A DNA stretch of 62,282 bases, filler included. It is 5 parts of 5 records of this genome, joined end to end, with 100 filler letters (N's around TTAATTAATTAA, not from the genome) between each part and the next. Parts side by side here need not be neighbours in the genome. Positions count along the whole stretch, not along the records: positions 29,508 to 53,580 come from SRR2962707_5375; 4 more parts are not named here. The stretch is one strand, 5' to 3'. Made by a program: the position numbers and the translations under genes. The notes under the pieces are model-generated. The model was not told the DNA's origin. It made no database searches and saw nothing but the letters and a program-made list of their open reading frames with translations. This document shows, in pieces, positions 38,759 through 48,955 of the stretch; the stretch's first letter is position 1; every line of letters begins with the position of its first letter.

Positions 38759-40669
38759 TTATCTAATTAGGTTGTCTAAAGAATCTCTAAATTTTTCCCC
38801 CAAGTTCAAAGTTTCCTCCGGGCTGGGAAGGTTCGTACCAATATTAGCTGTGGGTTGTTGCGAAGCGAGTTCAACATACTGTGCAACTTCAGGAGCTGGC
38901 GACGTGAGGTTTCTCTCTTGATCGGGGGTGCCATCGCCATTCACCTTCGTGATGCCTAGTGCGCCAGCATTGCCAATTGATATCATTATACTATTCTGGC
39001 GATCCTCAATCTTAGTGATGAGAGGGGTATCTAGGAGGTCTTTAAACGTCTCTTCGATGGGCATAGTAAGCTCTAAAAACTCGATATCTGGCGCATCCGT
39101 AACTAGGCTGCCGAACATCTTATTCGCCATCCGCTCAACCGTTATGTGCTCTTCTCTGTTTTGGCGTGCTAAAACATCATAGGCGTTGTAAAATTCACCC
39201 CGTGAAAGAAGTGCGCTTAGCTTTAGCTCTTTCAAACGACCCTCATCTTCAGTTCCGGCCGCCTCAAAAGCTTCCATGTCAATTATCTTCATGTCGTGAA
39301 TCGTAGCAGTTTCACCATTCTCAATAGTATTTTCCATAGCCAACGCGAGTGACTTGGTTGAGCTGCCAACGGAGGGAGTAGAATCTTCTTTTATCGCCAA
39401 GTCATTCGCGAATATATCGGAATAATCGACCTTCTTTGCATTCATACTTAGACTGTTCAAAAGGTCAGGAAAGGTCTGATTGGCCGACCTTGGTGAAGAG
39501 CCTTTACTTGTGTCGAATTTCATGCCCTTCATCGTTTTTTCGAGAAGTGGATGAATTATATTTCTCAGATGGCGTGGAAATTCAGAGAACGAAAGTAGGC
39601 TATCTTTGACGTCTTCTTCTTTGAGGTCTGTGCCATCACCATTGTATGTAGCGAGTGCCCATATTTTTAGACTTGGGGTGCAGGCCAGCATTGAAGATAA
39701 CTGGGCTGAGTTATCCGAGTGACCATACTCGAGTAGGCCTGATATCATCTTCAAGAATGATATTTCTGTATCTTCACCCTCATAATACTCTAATATTTGA
39801 CCAGCTTCCGCACCAAGTCCGTTATGAAGGAGGTCCAGTATCGTGGTTGTTTGTTCTTGGAGCTGCGGATCAATTACGGAGCTATATTCACGATACTTAG
39901 TGAAATCTCCCGAAATTATAGCCTCCCCTATGACATCCAATACTCTCGATTCTCTACACTCTGTGGTACCGGCGTTCGTATTGACGGCGAGCTTTTCTTT
40001 TATTGGCGTTCCAATCTTCACATTTCTAAACTCTGATAGGGAGTGTCTATTGAGGCTGATAGCTGGAGGTGGCAACGCGTTTAATTCATGCAAATAGCCA
40101 ACGGGTTTATTTTTCTTCAATATGCCTTGGGTTCCCAAGCTACCAATATCATGAGTGATTGCGGCTTGAAATATTGTGGTGCTTTCTGATCGTTGGCTTA
40201 ACCCGTCTAGGATATTATTTTCTATACTGGGTATTTTCGTGAAGTCTTTTTCTTCAGTCGGCGCAACTTCTTTTGAAACGACTAGTACGGTCTCAATGAG
40301 GGGCGTGGTTAGCTCAATCCCCTCTGATGCAATATCTGTTACGATCATCCCTGGCGGAGAATCGAAAACGGAAACGCTACATTTGCAGGCTAGTTGCAGT
40401 AATATTGTGTCGCCGGAGCGTTTAACGGATTTAATGCGGTCTTGTGTGATGCGGCTATAAACCTGTGCGAGGTCGAAAGATTTTTTGGGACCATCAACCG
40501 AAAGTTCAACAAGGTCGCCCGAGTATTTCGCAGTCCATTCCGCATTTGGGCCGGCATCGATAACGATACGTGTGAACCCGTCGTGTTCCCCTGAGCGGAC
40601 CAGCATAGGCTGGGCAAGAATGCTTGAACCAAGCATAGTGATGAAGAAGGCGAGGAAGAGCTGCCTCAT
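38759..40669 (-). CDS. Exported hypothetical protein downstream of motA
   Basis: 636 aa, signal peptide, VRSGEHDGFTRIV and LACKC N-terminal motifs; overlaps the motA stop. Confidence 0.8.
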   Translation of the reverse strand: MRQLFLAFFITMLGSSILAQPMLVRSGEHDGFTRIVIDAGPNAEWTAKYSGDLVELSVDGPKKSFDLAQVYSRITQDRIKSVKRSGDTILLQLACKCSVSVFDSPPGMIVTDIASEGIELTTPLIETVLVVSKEVAPTEEKDFTKIPSIENNILDGLSQRSESTTIFQAAITHDIGSLGTQGILKKNKPVGYLHELNALPPPAISLNRHSLSEFRNVKIGTPIKEKLAVNTNAGTTECRESRVLDVIGEAIISGDFTKYREYSSVIDPQLQEQTTTILDLLHNGLGAEAGQILEYYEGEDTEISFLKMISGLLEYGHSDNSAQLSSMLACTPSLKIWALATYNGDGTDLKEEDVKDSLLSFSEFPRHLRNIIHPLLEKTMKGMKFDTSKGSSPRSANQTFPDLLNSLSMNAKKVDYSDIFANDLAIKEDSTPSVGSSTKSLALAMENTIENGETATIHDMKIIDMEAFEAAGTEDEGRLKELKLSALLSRGEFYNAYDVLARQNREEHITVERMANKMFGSLVTDAPDIEFLELTMPIEETFKDLLDTPLITKIEDRQNSIMISIGNAGALGITKVNGDGTPDQERNLTSPAPEVAQYVELASQQPTANIGTNLPSPEETLNLGEKFRDSLDNLIR

Positions 40670-41535
40670 GCGGCGACCTGCTTGAGCTCTTTCAATGCTT
40701 CTTCTAGCTCGGTGAAAGATGGCCGACAGTGGGATGGTGTGTTTTGACGGCCAACCTCTATGCAGATGTTCGTCGCGTGGTTGTGTAGGTTCGCGACTAG
40801 TACTTCCTTGATCAATAAGTAGAAATGGCCGTCTTCCTTTGTGACGTCCGCAACTTTTGCTGCGAACGGCCCGACCAGACCGTAGGCCAAGAATACACCA
40901 AGAAATGTCCCTACCAAGGCACCACCAATCAGTTTGCCTAGAATTTCCGGTGGCTGATCGATCGATGCCATGGTCTTGATCACACCAAGGACAGCGGCGA
41001 CGATGCCGAGCGCCGGAAGGCCGTCAGCGACCGTTTGAAGGGCGTGGCTCGAATGCAGTGAGTGTTCGAGATTTGCATCCATTCGCTTTTCTAGCACCTC
41101 TTCAACCTGATGAGGGTCGTCATAGTTCATCGAAGCCGACCGCATCGTGTCGCAGATAAGTGCAATAGCCTCACCATCTGTCAGTATCTTGGGGTATTTC
41201 TGAAATATCGCCGACTCATCTGGGGCTTCGATATGTGCCTCAATTTCAATGGGGTTTTGGCGAGCAAGCCGGACCAACTCGAACAGAAGGCAGAGCAGAT
41301 CACGATAGTCCTCGTGCTTCCATTTGGGGCCTTTAAAGACCTTTCCGACGTCCTTCAGCGTGTGCTTGACTGCTGGAAAATCGTTGCTGATAAGGAAAGC
41401 CCCAGCGGCCGCCCCGCCAATCATGGTAAATTCAAATGGAAGAGATTTTAGGATAATTCCCATCTTCCCACCCGCAGCCAAATAGCCACCAAAAACCATC
41501 ACAAAAATCGTAATAATACCAACTATGCCGATCAT
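40666..41535 (-). CDS. motA: Flagellar stator protein MotA
   Basis: LPALGIVAAVLGVIKTM, GGALVGTFLGVFLAYG, IEVGR. Confidence 0.97.
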   Translation of the reverse strand: MIGIVGIITIFVMVFGGYLAAGGKMGIILKSLPFEFTMIGGAAAGAFLISNDFPAVKHTLKDVGKVFKGPKWKHEDYRDLLCLLFELVRLARQNPIEIEAHIEAPDESAIFQKYPKILTDGEAIALICDTMRSASMNYDDPHQVEEVLEKRMDANLEHSLHSSHALQTVADGLPALGIVAAVLGVIKTMASIDQPPEILGKLIGGALVGTFLGVFLAYGLVGPFAAKVADVTKEDGHFYLLIKEVLVANLHNHATNICIEVGRQNTPSHCRPSFTELEEALKELKQVAA

Positions 41536-41588
41536 GTTACACTCACTATTATTGTTTGGGTTTGGGAGAAGCGTGGATCATCTACTGC

Positions 41589-42209
41589 TCAGCCTGATTT
41601 CTTTGCATTGGCGTTCCGACCAGCGAGGATAACACTGATTGTGTATGCAAACTCTGGTTGAAGGCCGGCCATTATGTTTGCAGCAGCGTCAGGGCGCATT
41701 CGACCAAGAAACCCGGCCGCAAACTCGGGCTTCATAGCTTCGAAAAGAGCGGCTGCATCCTTGGGCTTCATATTTTCATAAACAGCAGTGAGACGCGCGA
41801 GGTCATCTTCGGCAGCGCTATTAGATAGGGCAAGGGTTTCGCGCAGTTGTTGTTCGGCGGCCGCTATCTGGGCCAGACGATCATCAATTTTCTGCGCTGC
41901 GTCGTCGAGATTTCGTTGCCGTTTCTCTTGTACCTGTTCGCGCTCATTTAGACGTGCTTGTTTCTCTTGGAGGGTCTTAAGAAGCATTCCAAGTCGATCA
42001 CGCTGACCCGCAGAGGAACCGCCTTCTGCATTTTGCGTTTCTAGAGCGTTTGGTTCAGGTTGAAACGGTACATCATTCTCGGCCGTCTGGGCAAAGGCCG
42101 AGTCTGCGCTGAACGTTAACCGGATCGCCGCTGATCCCAGAAAAAGGGTGATGATAAGAGTTAATGAGCTCACTTCACGAAGCTTTGAGGCGTAATTGTA
42201 AAGCTTCAT
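41589..42209 (-). CDS. MotE-family flagellar motility protein
   Basis: Coiled coil followed by LTAVYENMKPKDAA..F..M. Confidence 0.82.
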   Translation of the reverse strand: MKLYNYASKLREVSSLTLIITLFLGSAAIRLTFSADSAFAQTAENDVPFQPEPNALETQNAEGGSSAGQRDRLGMLLKTLQEKQARLNEREQVQEKRQRNLDDAAQKIDDRLAQIAAAEQQLRETLALSNSAAEDDLARLTAVYENMKPKDAAALFEAMKPEFAAGFLGRMRPDAAANIMAGLQPEFAYTISVILAGRNANAKKSG

Positions 42210-42601
42210 TGTTCTTCCTTCATCTTGGAATGGCGCATGAACATCGGCTCTTGATGTATTTCTTTAGCAATGCCGTTGCTCGCTTGTTTACTGCCATTCA
42301 TTTCTTTATTTTCGATTGCTGGAATGTCGTGCAGTGATGCCATACGCAATTCCATTCGCCTTGAGCTTTCCTCGGCTTTATCCGTTAGTTCCAATAGGGT
42401 GGTTGCAGAATTTGCGGCGGTTTCTTGGGCGGATGATAGAGTTTTTGTCAAATCATCAACCCTTGATGAAAGGACAGCGACAGCCCCTCCGACGCCCTGC
42501 TCCAGGCTATTAAAATGCTTCAAACGCTTGCTAAGAACATAGCAATAGAATGCGGCACCTAATGCGCCAGCAGCGAGTAAAATGTCAGCAATTAATCCCA
42601 T
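42206..42601 (-). CDS. Conserved membrane-anchored coiled-coil protein
   Basis: MGLIADILLAAGALGAAFYCYVLSKRL; GAGGGG RBS upstream. Confidence 0.75.
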   Translation of the reverse strand: MGLIADILLAAGALGAAFYCYVLSKRLKHFNSLEQGVGGAVAVLSSRVDDLTKTLSSAQETAANSATTLLELTDKAEESSRRMELRMASLHDIPAIENKEMNGSKQASNGIAKEIHQEPMFMRHSKMKEEQ

Positions 42602-42611
42602 TGTGCCCCCC

Positions 42612-43100
42612 TCATGTGAAAACAAATTCCATAACAAGCAATCTATTTACGCGGTCTTCTCCGACGACCATCTCGACCCGGTACAGCATCTGCGTTCTCA
42701 ATCTAACGAGGATCGCGGGATCATCGAAATCTTCGACTCTTACTGCGCGCAGGTAGGTGTTAAGAACATCTGTGACACGTGGGATCAGCTTCTCAACATC
42801 TGCTTGGTAACGAGACGGCACTTCCAATTGGGCGCGAAATCTTAGGTGCTTGGATTTGGAAGGTTTCCGCAGCGAGATGACCAGCGGTTCAATTGGAATG
42901 TACGCCACATCATCAATTGGAGACGCTGTTTGCTCCTCGGCTTCGGCCGAATCGTCTTGGGCGGCCCCCAAAATAGTCCCGCTCCAGCTGAGGTAAAAAC
43001 CTGCTCCCCCTCCCACAAGCGCCAAAACTAGGCTCAAGATCAATGGTAGCTTCGATTTTTTTGATTCTGCTTCTGCTTCTTCGGAATCGGTTTGTGTCAT
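42612..43100 (-). CDS. fliL: FliL-family protein (second copy)
   Basis: TM anchor LVGGGAGFY, PLVISL, PRVTDVLNTYLR, LLVMEFV. Confidence 0.9.
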   Translation of the reverse strand: MTQTDSEEAEAESKKSKLPLILSLVLALVGGGAGFYLSWSGTILGAAQDDSAEAEEQTASPIDDVAYIPIEPLVISLRKPSKSKHLRFRAQLEVPSRYQADVEKLIPRVTDVLNTYLRAVRVEDFDDPAILVRLRTQMLYRVEMVVGEDRVNRLLVMEFVFT

Positions 43101-43143
43101 AGTGGCCTGCTTTCTTGGTGAAAGCTGTATAACCATGATTGCA

Positions 43144-43158
43144 CTAACCGATTATTAA
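43144..43158. promoter_or_regulatory. CtrA-like box in the divergent fliL/fliF promoter
   Basis: CTAA-CCGATTA-TTAA. Confidence 0.65.
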
Positions 43159-43218
43159 GCCAGTTGGTCCATTTGTACTTCAAGTACCGAGCAGAATGTT
43201 TGGGGAGATGGAGACACT

Positions 43219-44862
43219 GTGCAGCAATTACTGAACATCTGGATGAACCTCACGTTGGGGAAACAAATCACGATTGTGGGTGCAACGGTTTCGATGTTTT
43301 TCGGAATAATGTTGATGTCGAAAATTGTTACTTCTCCCAATATGACACTTCTCTATTCGGGGCTGGACAGTGGTGCGGCGGGGGACGTTGTTCGTGCAAT
43401 AGAGCAGCAAGGTGTCGTGTTTGACGTTCGGGGTGGTGCGATATTTGTCGATTCAAGTATGCGGGACGAGCTGCGTTTAACGCTTGCCAGCGAGGGCTTG
43501 CCGGCAAATGGAAACAGTGGCTACGAGCTTTTGGATAATCTCACGGGATTTGGCACGACATCCCAGATGTTTGACGCAGCATATTGGCGGGCCAAAGAGG
43601 GCGAGCTCGCGCGGACCATCGTCGCTAGCTCGCAGATCTCTCAGGCGAGGGTTCATATTGCGGGAACAGGCTCCAACCCATTTCAAAGAAGCGTAACGCC
43701 GAAAGCTTCTGTATCGCTGACGCCAAATGGGGGGCAGATATCAACCGCGCAGGCAAAGGCTGTCCGTTACCTTGTCGCGTCGGCCGTGGCCGGCTTGGAT
43801 CCTGACGATGTATCGGTCATTGATGCAAACGGTAGTTTGGTGGGATCTGGTGATGACCCAGCACCGGCTATCCAGGGCGATGACAAGGCGGCCGTGCTGC
43901 GAGACAAGGTTGAACGCCTCTTAGAGGCACGAGTCGGCCCGGGAAACGCCGTCGTCGAGGTAAGCGTAGAGACGGTAACTGAAAGCGAATCGGTTCGAGA
44001 ACGTCGGTTTGACCCCGAGGGGCGGGTAGCAATCAGCACCGAGACGGAAGAACGCAACAATAGCTCGTCAGGTGGCGGAAGTGGTGCGGTTACGGTCGCA
44101 AGTAACTTACCGGACGAGAATGGCGCGGGAGGAGGCGGTAGTTCATCATTGTCCAATTCCGAAACGCGTGAACGGGTTAACTACGAAGTTTCAGAAACCG
44201 AGCGAGAGATTCTTCGAGCGCCAGGTGCGGTCAAGCGCTTGACCGTCGCTGTTTTGGTAAACCAAGAATCGTCTACCAACGAAAGCGGCGCGCAAGTTTC
44301 ACAGCCTCGAAGTGAAGAAGAGCTCGAAACTTTGCGGGAACTTGTGTCATCAGCAGTGGGCTATGTTGAGGATCGCGGTGACATCATTACGATCAAGTCG
44401 ATGGCCCTCCAATCCATTGCGCCAGCGGGAACTCAGGCGAGCACATCCTTGGTGGATAGACTAAATCTTGATCTCGTGTCCGCGATACAAATGGCTGTCC
44501 TTGGTCTTGTGACAATAATTCTAGGTCTATTCGTCGTGCGACCCTTGCTGAGTAAGCCTCCTGGCGCAATGGGCCCAACCGGGCCTGCCGCGTTACTCCC
44601 TATGGGGGCTGGCAACGGCCAAGCTGAAGGGGGAGGTACACAGTTTCCGGGCGATATGGCTGAAAATTTACCTACATTCGAACTCCCAGGGCTGGATGGC
44701 GAAGTTGATAACAATTTTGGCGGCGCGCTTCAGCAATCCGGCGGCAATGCCGCTCAAGATAATCCCGTCGACCGGCTTCGAAATATGATTGGAGATAAAC
44801 AAGAGGAAACGGTTGAGATTTTGAGAACCTGGCTTGAGGAAAAAGAGGAGAAAGTGCAATGA
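43219..44862 (+). CDS. fliF: Flagellar MS-ring protein FliF
   Basis: LASEGLP..GYELLD, RAKEGELARTI, ARVHI, NYEVS, RLTVAVLVN, RGD, ILRTWL. Confidence 0.97.
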   Translation: MQQLLNIWMNLTLGKQITIVGATVSMFFGIMLMSKIVTSPNMTLLYSGLDSGAAGDVVRAIEQQGVVFDVRGGAIFVDSSMRDELRLTLASEGLPANGNSGYELLDNLTGFGTTSQMFDAAYWRAKEGELARTIVASSQISQARVHIAGTGSNPFQRSVTPKASVSLTPNGGQISTAQAKAVRYLVASAVAGLDPDDVSVIDANGSLVGSGDDPAPAIQGDDKAAVLRDKVERLLEARVGPGNAVVEVSVETVTESESVRERRFDPEGRVAISTETEERNNSSSGGGSGAVTVASNLPDENGAGGGGSSSLSNSETRERVNYEVSETEREILRAPGAVKRLTVAVLVNQESSTNESGAQVSQPRSEEELETLRELVSSAVGYVEDRGDIITIKSMALQSIAPAGTQASTSLVDRLNLDLVSAIQMAVLGLVTIILGLFVVRPLLSKPPGAMGPTGPAALLPMGAGNGQAEGGGTQFPGDMAENLPTFELPGLDGEVDNNFGGALQQSGGNAAQDNPVDRLRNMIGDKQEETVEILRTWLEEKEEKVQ

Positions 44863-45455
44863 CACTCGCGCACCTATACGATGAGTTTCGAGAGGAATTT
44901 GAAACCGATGATCTGAACTCGTCCCAGTCGGCCTCCTCAGCAGAGGAGAATCTACAGGCGTTTGAGAATGGTTACCAATCTGGCTGGCAAGATGCCACAA
45001 CCGCACACGGGGCGGAGCAAGAAAGAATATTGTCTGAGCTCGCTCAAAACTTTCAAGACATGCAGTTCACGTATCACGAAGCGCGCAGTAAACTTTTGAT
45101 CAGTCTCCGTCCGATCGCCACTGTGATGCTAGAAAAGCTGCTTCCAGGTGTTTCACGAGAGGCATTACGTTCAAATCTGACTGAACAGATTAACGAAGTG
45201 CTGACACAATCGACGGAAGACTCAATTGAAATCAATGTTTCACCGGAAAGTCTTAGCGCCGTGCAAGGGATTGTGGATGCTCAAAAAGACCTTCCATTTG
45301 TTATTAAAGAGAACGCAAACTTGGGTGCCGCACAAGCGGATCTAAGGTCAAGCCAATTAGAGCGCCATATAGACATCGAGGACATGTGCGAGCGCATCTC
45401 CCAAACCCTAACTGCCTTCGTCCAACAGTCCAGCTCGGAGGTCTCTTATGGATAA
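44859..45455 (+). CDS. fliH: FliH-like flagellar assembly protein
   Basis: FENGYQSGWQD glycine repeat; position between fliF and fliN. Confidence 0.7.
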   Translation: MTLAHLYDEFREEFETDDLNSSQSASSAEENLQAFENGYQSGWQDATTAHGAEQERILSELAQNFQDMQFTYHEARSKLLISLRPIATVMLEKLLPGVSREALRSNLTEQINEVLTQSTEDSIEINVSPESLSAVQGIVDAQKDLPFVIKENANLGAAQADLRSSQLERHIDIEDMCERISQTLTAFVQQSSSEVSYG

Positions 45456-45741
45456 GCCAACCTCTACTTCTCAAGCCGCGTCTGATCCCACCAATCCCTT
45501 TACATCAGTACCGATCGAAGTGCTTGTATGTGTCGGAAAATCAAGGCCATTTGTGAGAGACCTAGTTTCGCTTGGTGAGAATGCAGTTCTGACATTGGAC
45601 CGCCGGGTCGATGATCCGGTTGAGCTGTACGTCGGTGATCGGCTCATTGCTCGGGGAATCCTGGAAGAGCAAGAGGGCGACGCGTCGGATCTGCTCACGG
45701 TTCGGTTGACCGAAGTCGTGGATATGCAATCGATCATATGA
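45448..45741 (+). CDS. fliN: FliM/FliN-family switch protein
   Basis: SpoA-like domain, DPVELYVGDRLIARG. Confidence 0.88.
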   Translation: MDKPTSTSQAASDPTNPFTSVPIEVLVCVGKSRPFVRDLVSLGENAVLTLDRRVDDPVELYVGDRLIARGILEEQEGDASDLLTVRLTEVVDMQSII

Positions 45742-46478
45742 TTTCGCGAACCCAGATTTTTCGGTTAGTCGGTGTAGTCGCGCTTTTGTCCCAAGCGGCA
45801 CCGGCCGTAGCGCAGGATATTTCATTTTCGCTTGGTGATGAGGGGTCGATTTCAGCGCGAACTATTCAGCTATTTCTTTTGCTGACCGTACTGAGCGTTG
45901 CGCCAGGCATAGCAATCATGGTGACTTGCTTTCCATTTTTAGTCACGGTTCTTTCTATTCTTAGGCAGGGCATTGGGCTACAACAGTCGCCCCCAAACAT
46001 GCTGATTATAAGTTTGGCTCTTTTTCTTACGTATTTCGTTATGGAGCCCGTTTTTTTGGCGGCGTGGTCGAATGGTATTCACCCATTAACAACAAACCAA
46101 ATAACGGTTGAAACGGCATTTTTAAGATCTATTGAGCCATTCAAGAACTTTATGATGTCAAGAGTAGACGTGGATACATTTCTTGCTTTGGCTGAGTTAA
46201 GGCCTAGCACGGAAGGAACCGTTTTGGATGATCAAGCACCGTTATCGTTACTTATCCCCAGCTTTATGCTGTCTGAAATAACGCGTGCTTTCCAAATTGG
46301 TTTTCTTATTTATCTCCCCTTTCTTATAATTGATCTGGTAGTTGCTGCAATTTTGATGTCGATGGGTATGATGATGGTTCCACCGTCAGTCGTTTCTCTG
46401 CCTTTCAAGCTTGCTTTTTTTGTCGTCGCCGACGGATGGAGCTTGATCGCAGGAAGTCTTGTTAGAAGTTATATGTAA
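45738..46478 (+). CDS. fliP: Flagellar export protein FliP
   Basis: GLQQSPPN, AFQIGF..YLPF..ID, MGMMMVPP, LPFKL.FFV.ADGW. Confidence 0.97.
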   Translation: MISRTQIFRLVGVVALLSQAAPAVAQDISFSLGDEGSISARTIQLFLLLTVLSVAPGIAIMVTCFPFLVTVLSILRQGIGLQQSPPNMLIISLALFLTYFVMEPVFLAAWSNGIHPLTTNQITVETAFLRSIEPFKNFMMSRVDVDTFLALAELRPSTEGTVLDDQAPLSLLIPSFMLSEITRAFQIGFLIYLPFLIIDLVVAAILMSMGMMMVPPSVVSLPFKLAFFVVADGWSLIAGSLVRSYM

Positions 46479-46616
46479 GTACTATAAGGGGAATAATCCA
46501 TACCATTTAACATCAATGGTCGATAGGCGTATTTCTTTTGATGGAAATATAATAACTTTACTAGCGATAATCTGACACATAACTCAGCCTCATTTATTTC
46601 TATGGATTAGCGTATA

Positions 46617-47876
46617 ATGAAAATATCTGAACATGCTCAGCCCATGGCTATAAATAGAGGTTTCGGTCTTCTAGTTTTCGAGTTGATGAATAGCGTTTCC
46701 CTGCTCGTTATCGGTCTGCTTTTCTTTGAAGCTTTCGGAATCGAAAGCTCGGGGTTGGTGTTACTGATCATCCTCTGGACCGAGGCAGCTTCTTCGGTAA
46801 CGATATCAACTCTGAATGGTAACGTCTTTGGAGATCAATTATTAGGGTGGAGGAGGAATCTTAGAATCACTCTTTCTATCATTTTCATTCTAGGATCATT
46901 AATTGCGTTAATATACGCAACATCAGCATCTCAAATCGATGCAACCTACCTTTCCGCGATCACTGTTTACTTGCTGGCAGAAATTTTTCTTAGTCAATAT
47001 TTTTATATAGCCTCGAGAACGTCGGCTCTTGCTACATACCTTCGCAGTTCAAGATATACCCTGGCTACTATCACCTATTGGATTTTGATTACCGCTGGCT
47101 TGGTGACTTCCGGCAACCTAGTAATAGTTATTTTTGCGCCGTTTATACTTATTGTATTTCTTCGATGGTCAGCGTTGATGATAATTCATGGTCGAGGTGA
47201 CCGCTATAAAGATAGCTCAAGCTTTACATCTACGGGACTGGGTGGTCCAGTTGGAACTGTTCTGAAAAGAATCGATATTATAATTTTTCCAATATTTTTT
47301 GATATTTACGATAGTGGTATATATCTTCTCGCCAGAGTGTTTTCTACAGCCCCGCTTCCCTTATTCGGTTTCCTACTCCAAAGGGCGCAAGTGCTACTAA
47401 AATCACAAATTAGGTTTCAAGTAGGCGCGGGCTTTATCGGTACCGCCGCTAGGCTCAATTTGGGCTTGTTTCTAATCGGCGGCGGAATCTCGATGATCCC
47501 TCTCGCTTTGGGAAAGATCTACGTGCCGATATTTGGCGAAAATCAGCAGCTATTTTCTTTCTGCTTGTTTTTTGCAGTGGTCAGTCATTACTGTAAAGGT
47601 TTACTTGGGGCCGGTGTTGAAATACTTAGTGTCACTGTAAAAAAGAGTGAGCTGGTTGCCCTCATCTCTATTCCGATTGTCGTGTTTGTGGCTTATTGTT
47701 TTTATGCAAGCAGCCTTACCGCCCGAGACTTCGCCCTAGCAGCTGCTGTAATGCATGCTGGTTTGGCAGCGGTGTCTGCGGGAATAGTTGCTTTTAGGTT
47801 TGGTATTTGGCCCGGTCCGACCGCAATTTTCTTTGGCCAAATCCGACTGTTTCATCGCACTAAAAATTCTGCGTGA
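46617..47876 (+). CDS. Multi-pass membrane protein, remotely Wzx/MATE flippase-like
   Basis: 419 aa with roughly 11-12 hydrophobic segments; LKRIDII..GIYLLARV resembles the flippase mid-region; AT-richer than neighbours. Confidence 0.55.
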   Translation: MKISEHAQPMAINRGFGLLVFELMNSVSLLVIGLLFFEAFGIESSGLVLLIILWTEAASSVTISTLNGNVFGDQLLGWRRNLRITLSIIFILGSLIALIYATSASQIDATYLSAITVYLLAEIFLSQYFYIASRTSALATYLRSSRYTLATITYWILITAGLVTSGNLVIVIFAPFILIVFLRWSALMIIHGRGDRYKDSSSFTSTGLGGPVGTVLKRIDIIIFPIFFDIYDSGIYLLARVFSTAPLPLFGFLLQRAQVLLKSQIRFQVGAGFIGTAARLNLGLFLIGGGISMIPLALGKIYVPIFGENQQLFSFCLFFAVVSHYCKGLLGAGVEILSVTVKKSELVALISIPIVVFVAYCFYASSLTARDFALAAAVMHAGLAAVSAGIVAFRFGIWPGPTAIFFGQIRLFHRTKNSA

Positions 47877-48955
47877 AGCGCTCCAGCGGCTTTGATACTT
47901 TTCAGGATATCGATCATGTCCCGTGGCGAGACACCTAGCGCGTTAAGGCCCGCGATCACTTCTGAGAGAGAGGTGCCATTGGGTATGTCGGCCAAACCTA
48001 TTCCAGGCTCCTCTACGATGTCAGCCCGAGTGCGTGGAACCGCAAGTGTTTCCCCATCTGCGAACGGATTAGGTTGGACCACGATTGGATCCTCTTGAAT
48101 TCTTACTGTTAGGTTTCCCTGTGAAACCGCAACACGTGAGATACGAACATCCTCGCCCATAACAATTGTTCCGGATCGTTGATCCACGACAACGCGGGCC
48201 TTGCGTTCTGGCTCTACTTCGATGTTCTCAATGCGGCCAAGTGCGTGCGCGACAGAACCCATGTTGGTATTCTCTATATCTAACTGAACGGTACCACTAT
48301 CCAGCATAACTGCCACACGTCTTCCGAAATTCTTGTTTATTGCAGCTTCAATTCTGCTGGCTGTTGTAAAATCGGCCTCTCGCAACGCGACCCTCAAGTT
48401 CATCAGTGCCGCCAATTGGAAGTCAATTTCACGCTCTACGCGTGCGCCTGAAGGGATGACGCCCGAGGTTGGAACGCCTTGTGTCACTTGGCCTGCGTCA
48501 CCCTCCGCGACGGCACCGCCCGCGATGATAGTGCCCTGAGCGACGGCGTAGATCTCGCCATCGGCGGCGTTTAACGGGGTCATAATCAAGGTGCCGCCCA
48601 TAAGGCTTTTTGCATCGCCGATTGCCGATACCGTGACGTCGATTTGGTTGCCTGTTCTGGCAAATGCCGGCAGCGTGGATGTCACAAATACAGCAGCGAC
48701 GTTCTTTGGTCTAAATTGTTCGCCTGTTACGTTTACGCCTAACCGCTCTAAGATATTGGTCATTATGTCTTCGGTAAATGGTGCGTTACGAAGCCCGTCG
48801 CCGGAGCCGTTTAGCCCCACAACCAAGCCATAGCCAACCAGGTCATTTTCACGAACGCCATCGAAATTCACGAGATCCTTGATCCGAACCGGACCAGCAA
48901 CCGCAGAATGACACAATGAAATCAGGCAAACGAGCGTTATGCACAGACGCATCAT
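47852..48955 (-). CDS. flgI: Flagellar P-ring protein FlgI
   Basis: RIKDL, NDLVGYGLVVGLNGSGD, KNVAAV, GDAKSL.GG.L, AGALHAE. Confidence 0.97.
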   Translation of the reverse strand: MMRLCITLVCLISLCHSAVAGPVRIKDLVNFDGVRENDLVGYGLVVGLNGSGDGLRNAPFTEDIMTNILERLGVNVTGEQFRPKNVAAVFVTSTLPAFARTGNQIDVTVSAIGDAKSLMGGTLIMTPLNAADGEIYAVAQGTIIAGGAVAEGDAGQVTQGVPTSGVIPSGARVEREIDFQLAALMNLRVALREADFTTASRIEAAINKNFGRRVAVMLDSGTVQLDIENTNMGSVAHALGRIENIEVEPERKARVVVDQRSGTIVMGEDVRISRVAVSQGNLTVRIQEDPIVVQPNPFADGETLAVPRTRADIVEEPGIGLADIPNGTSLSEVIAGLNALGVSPRDMIDILKSIKAAGALHAEFLVR

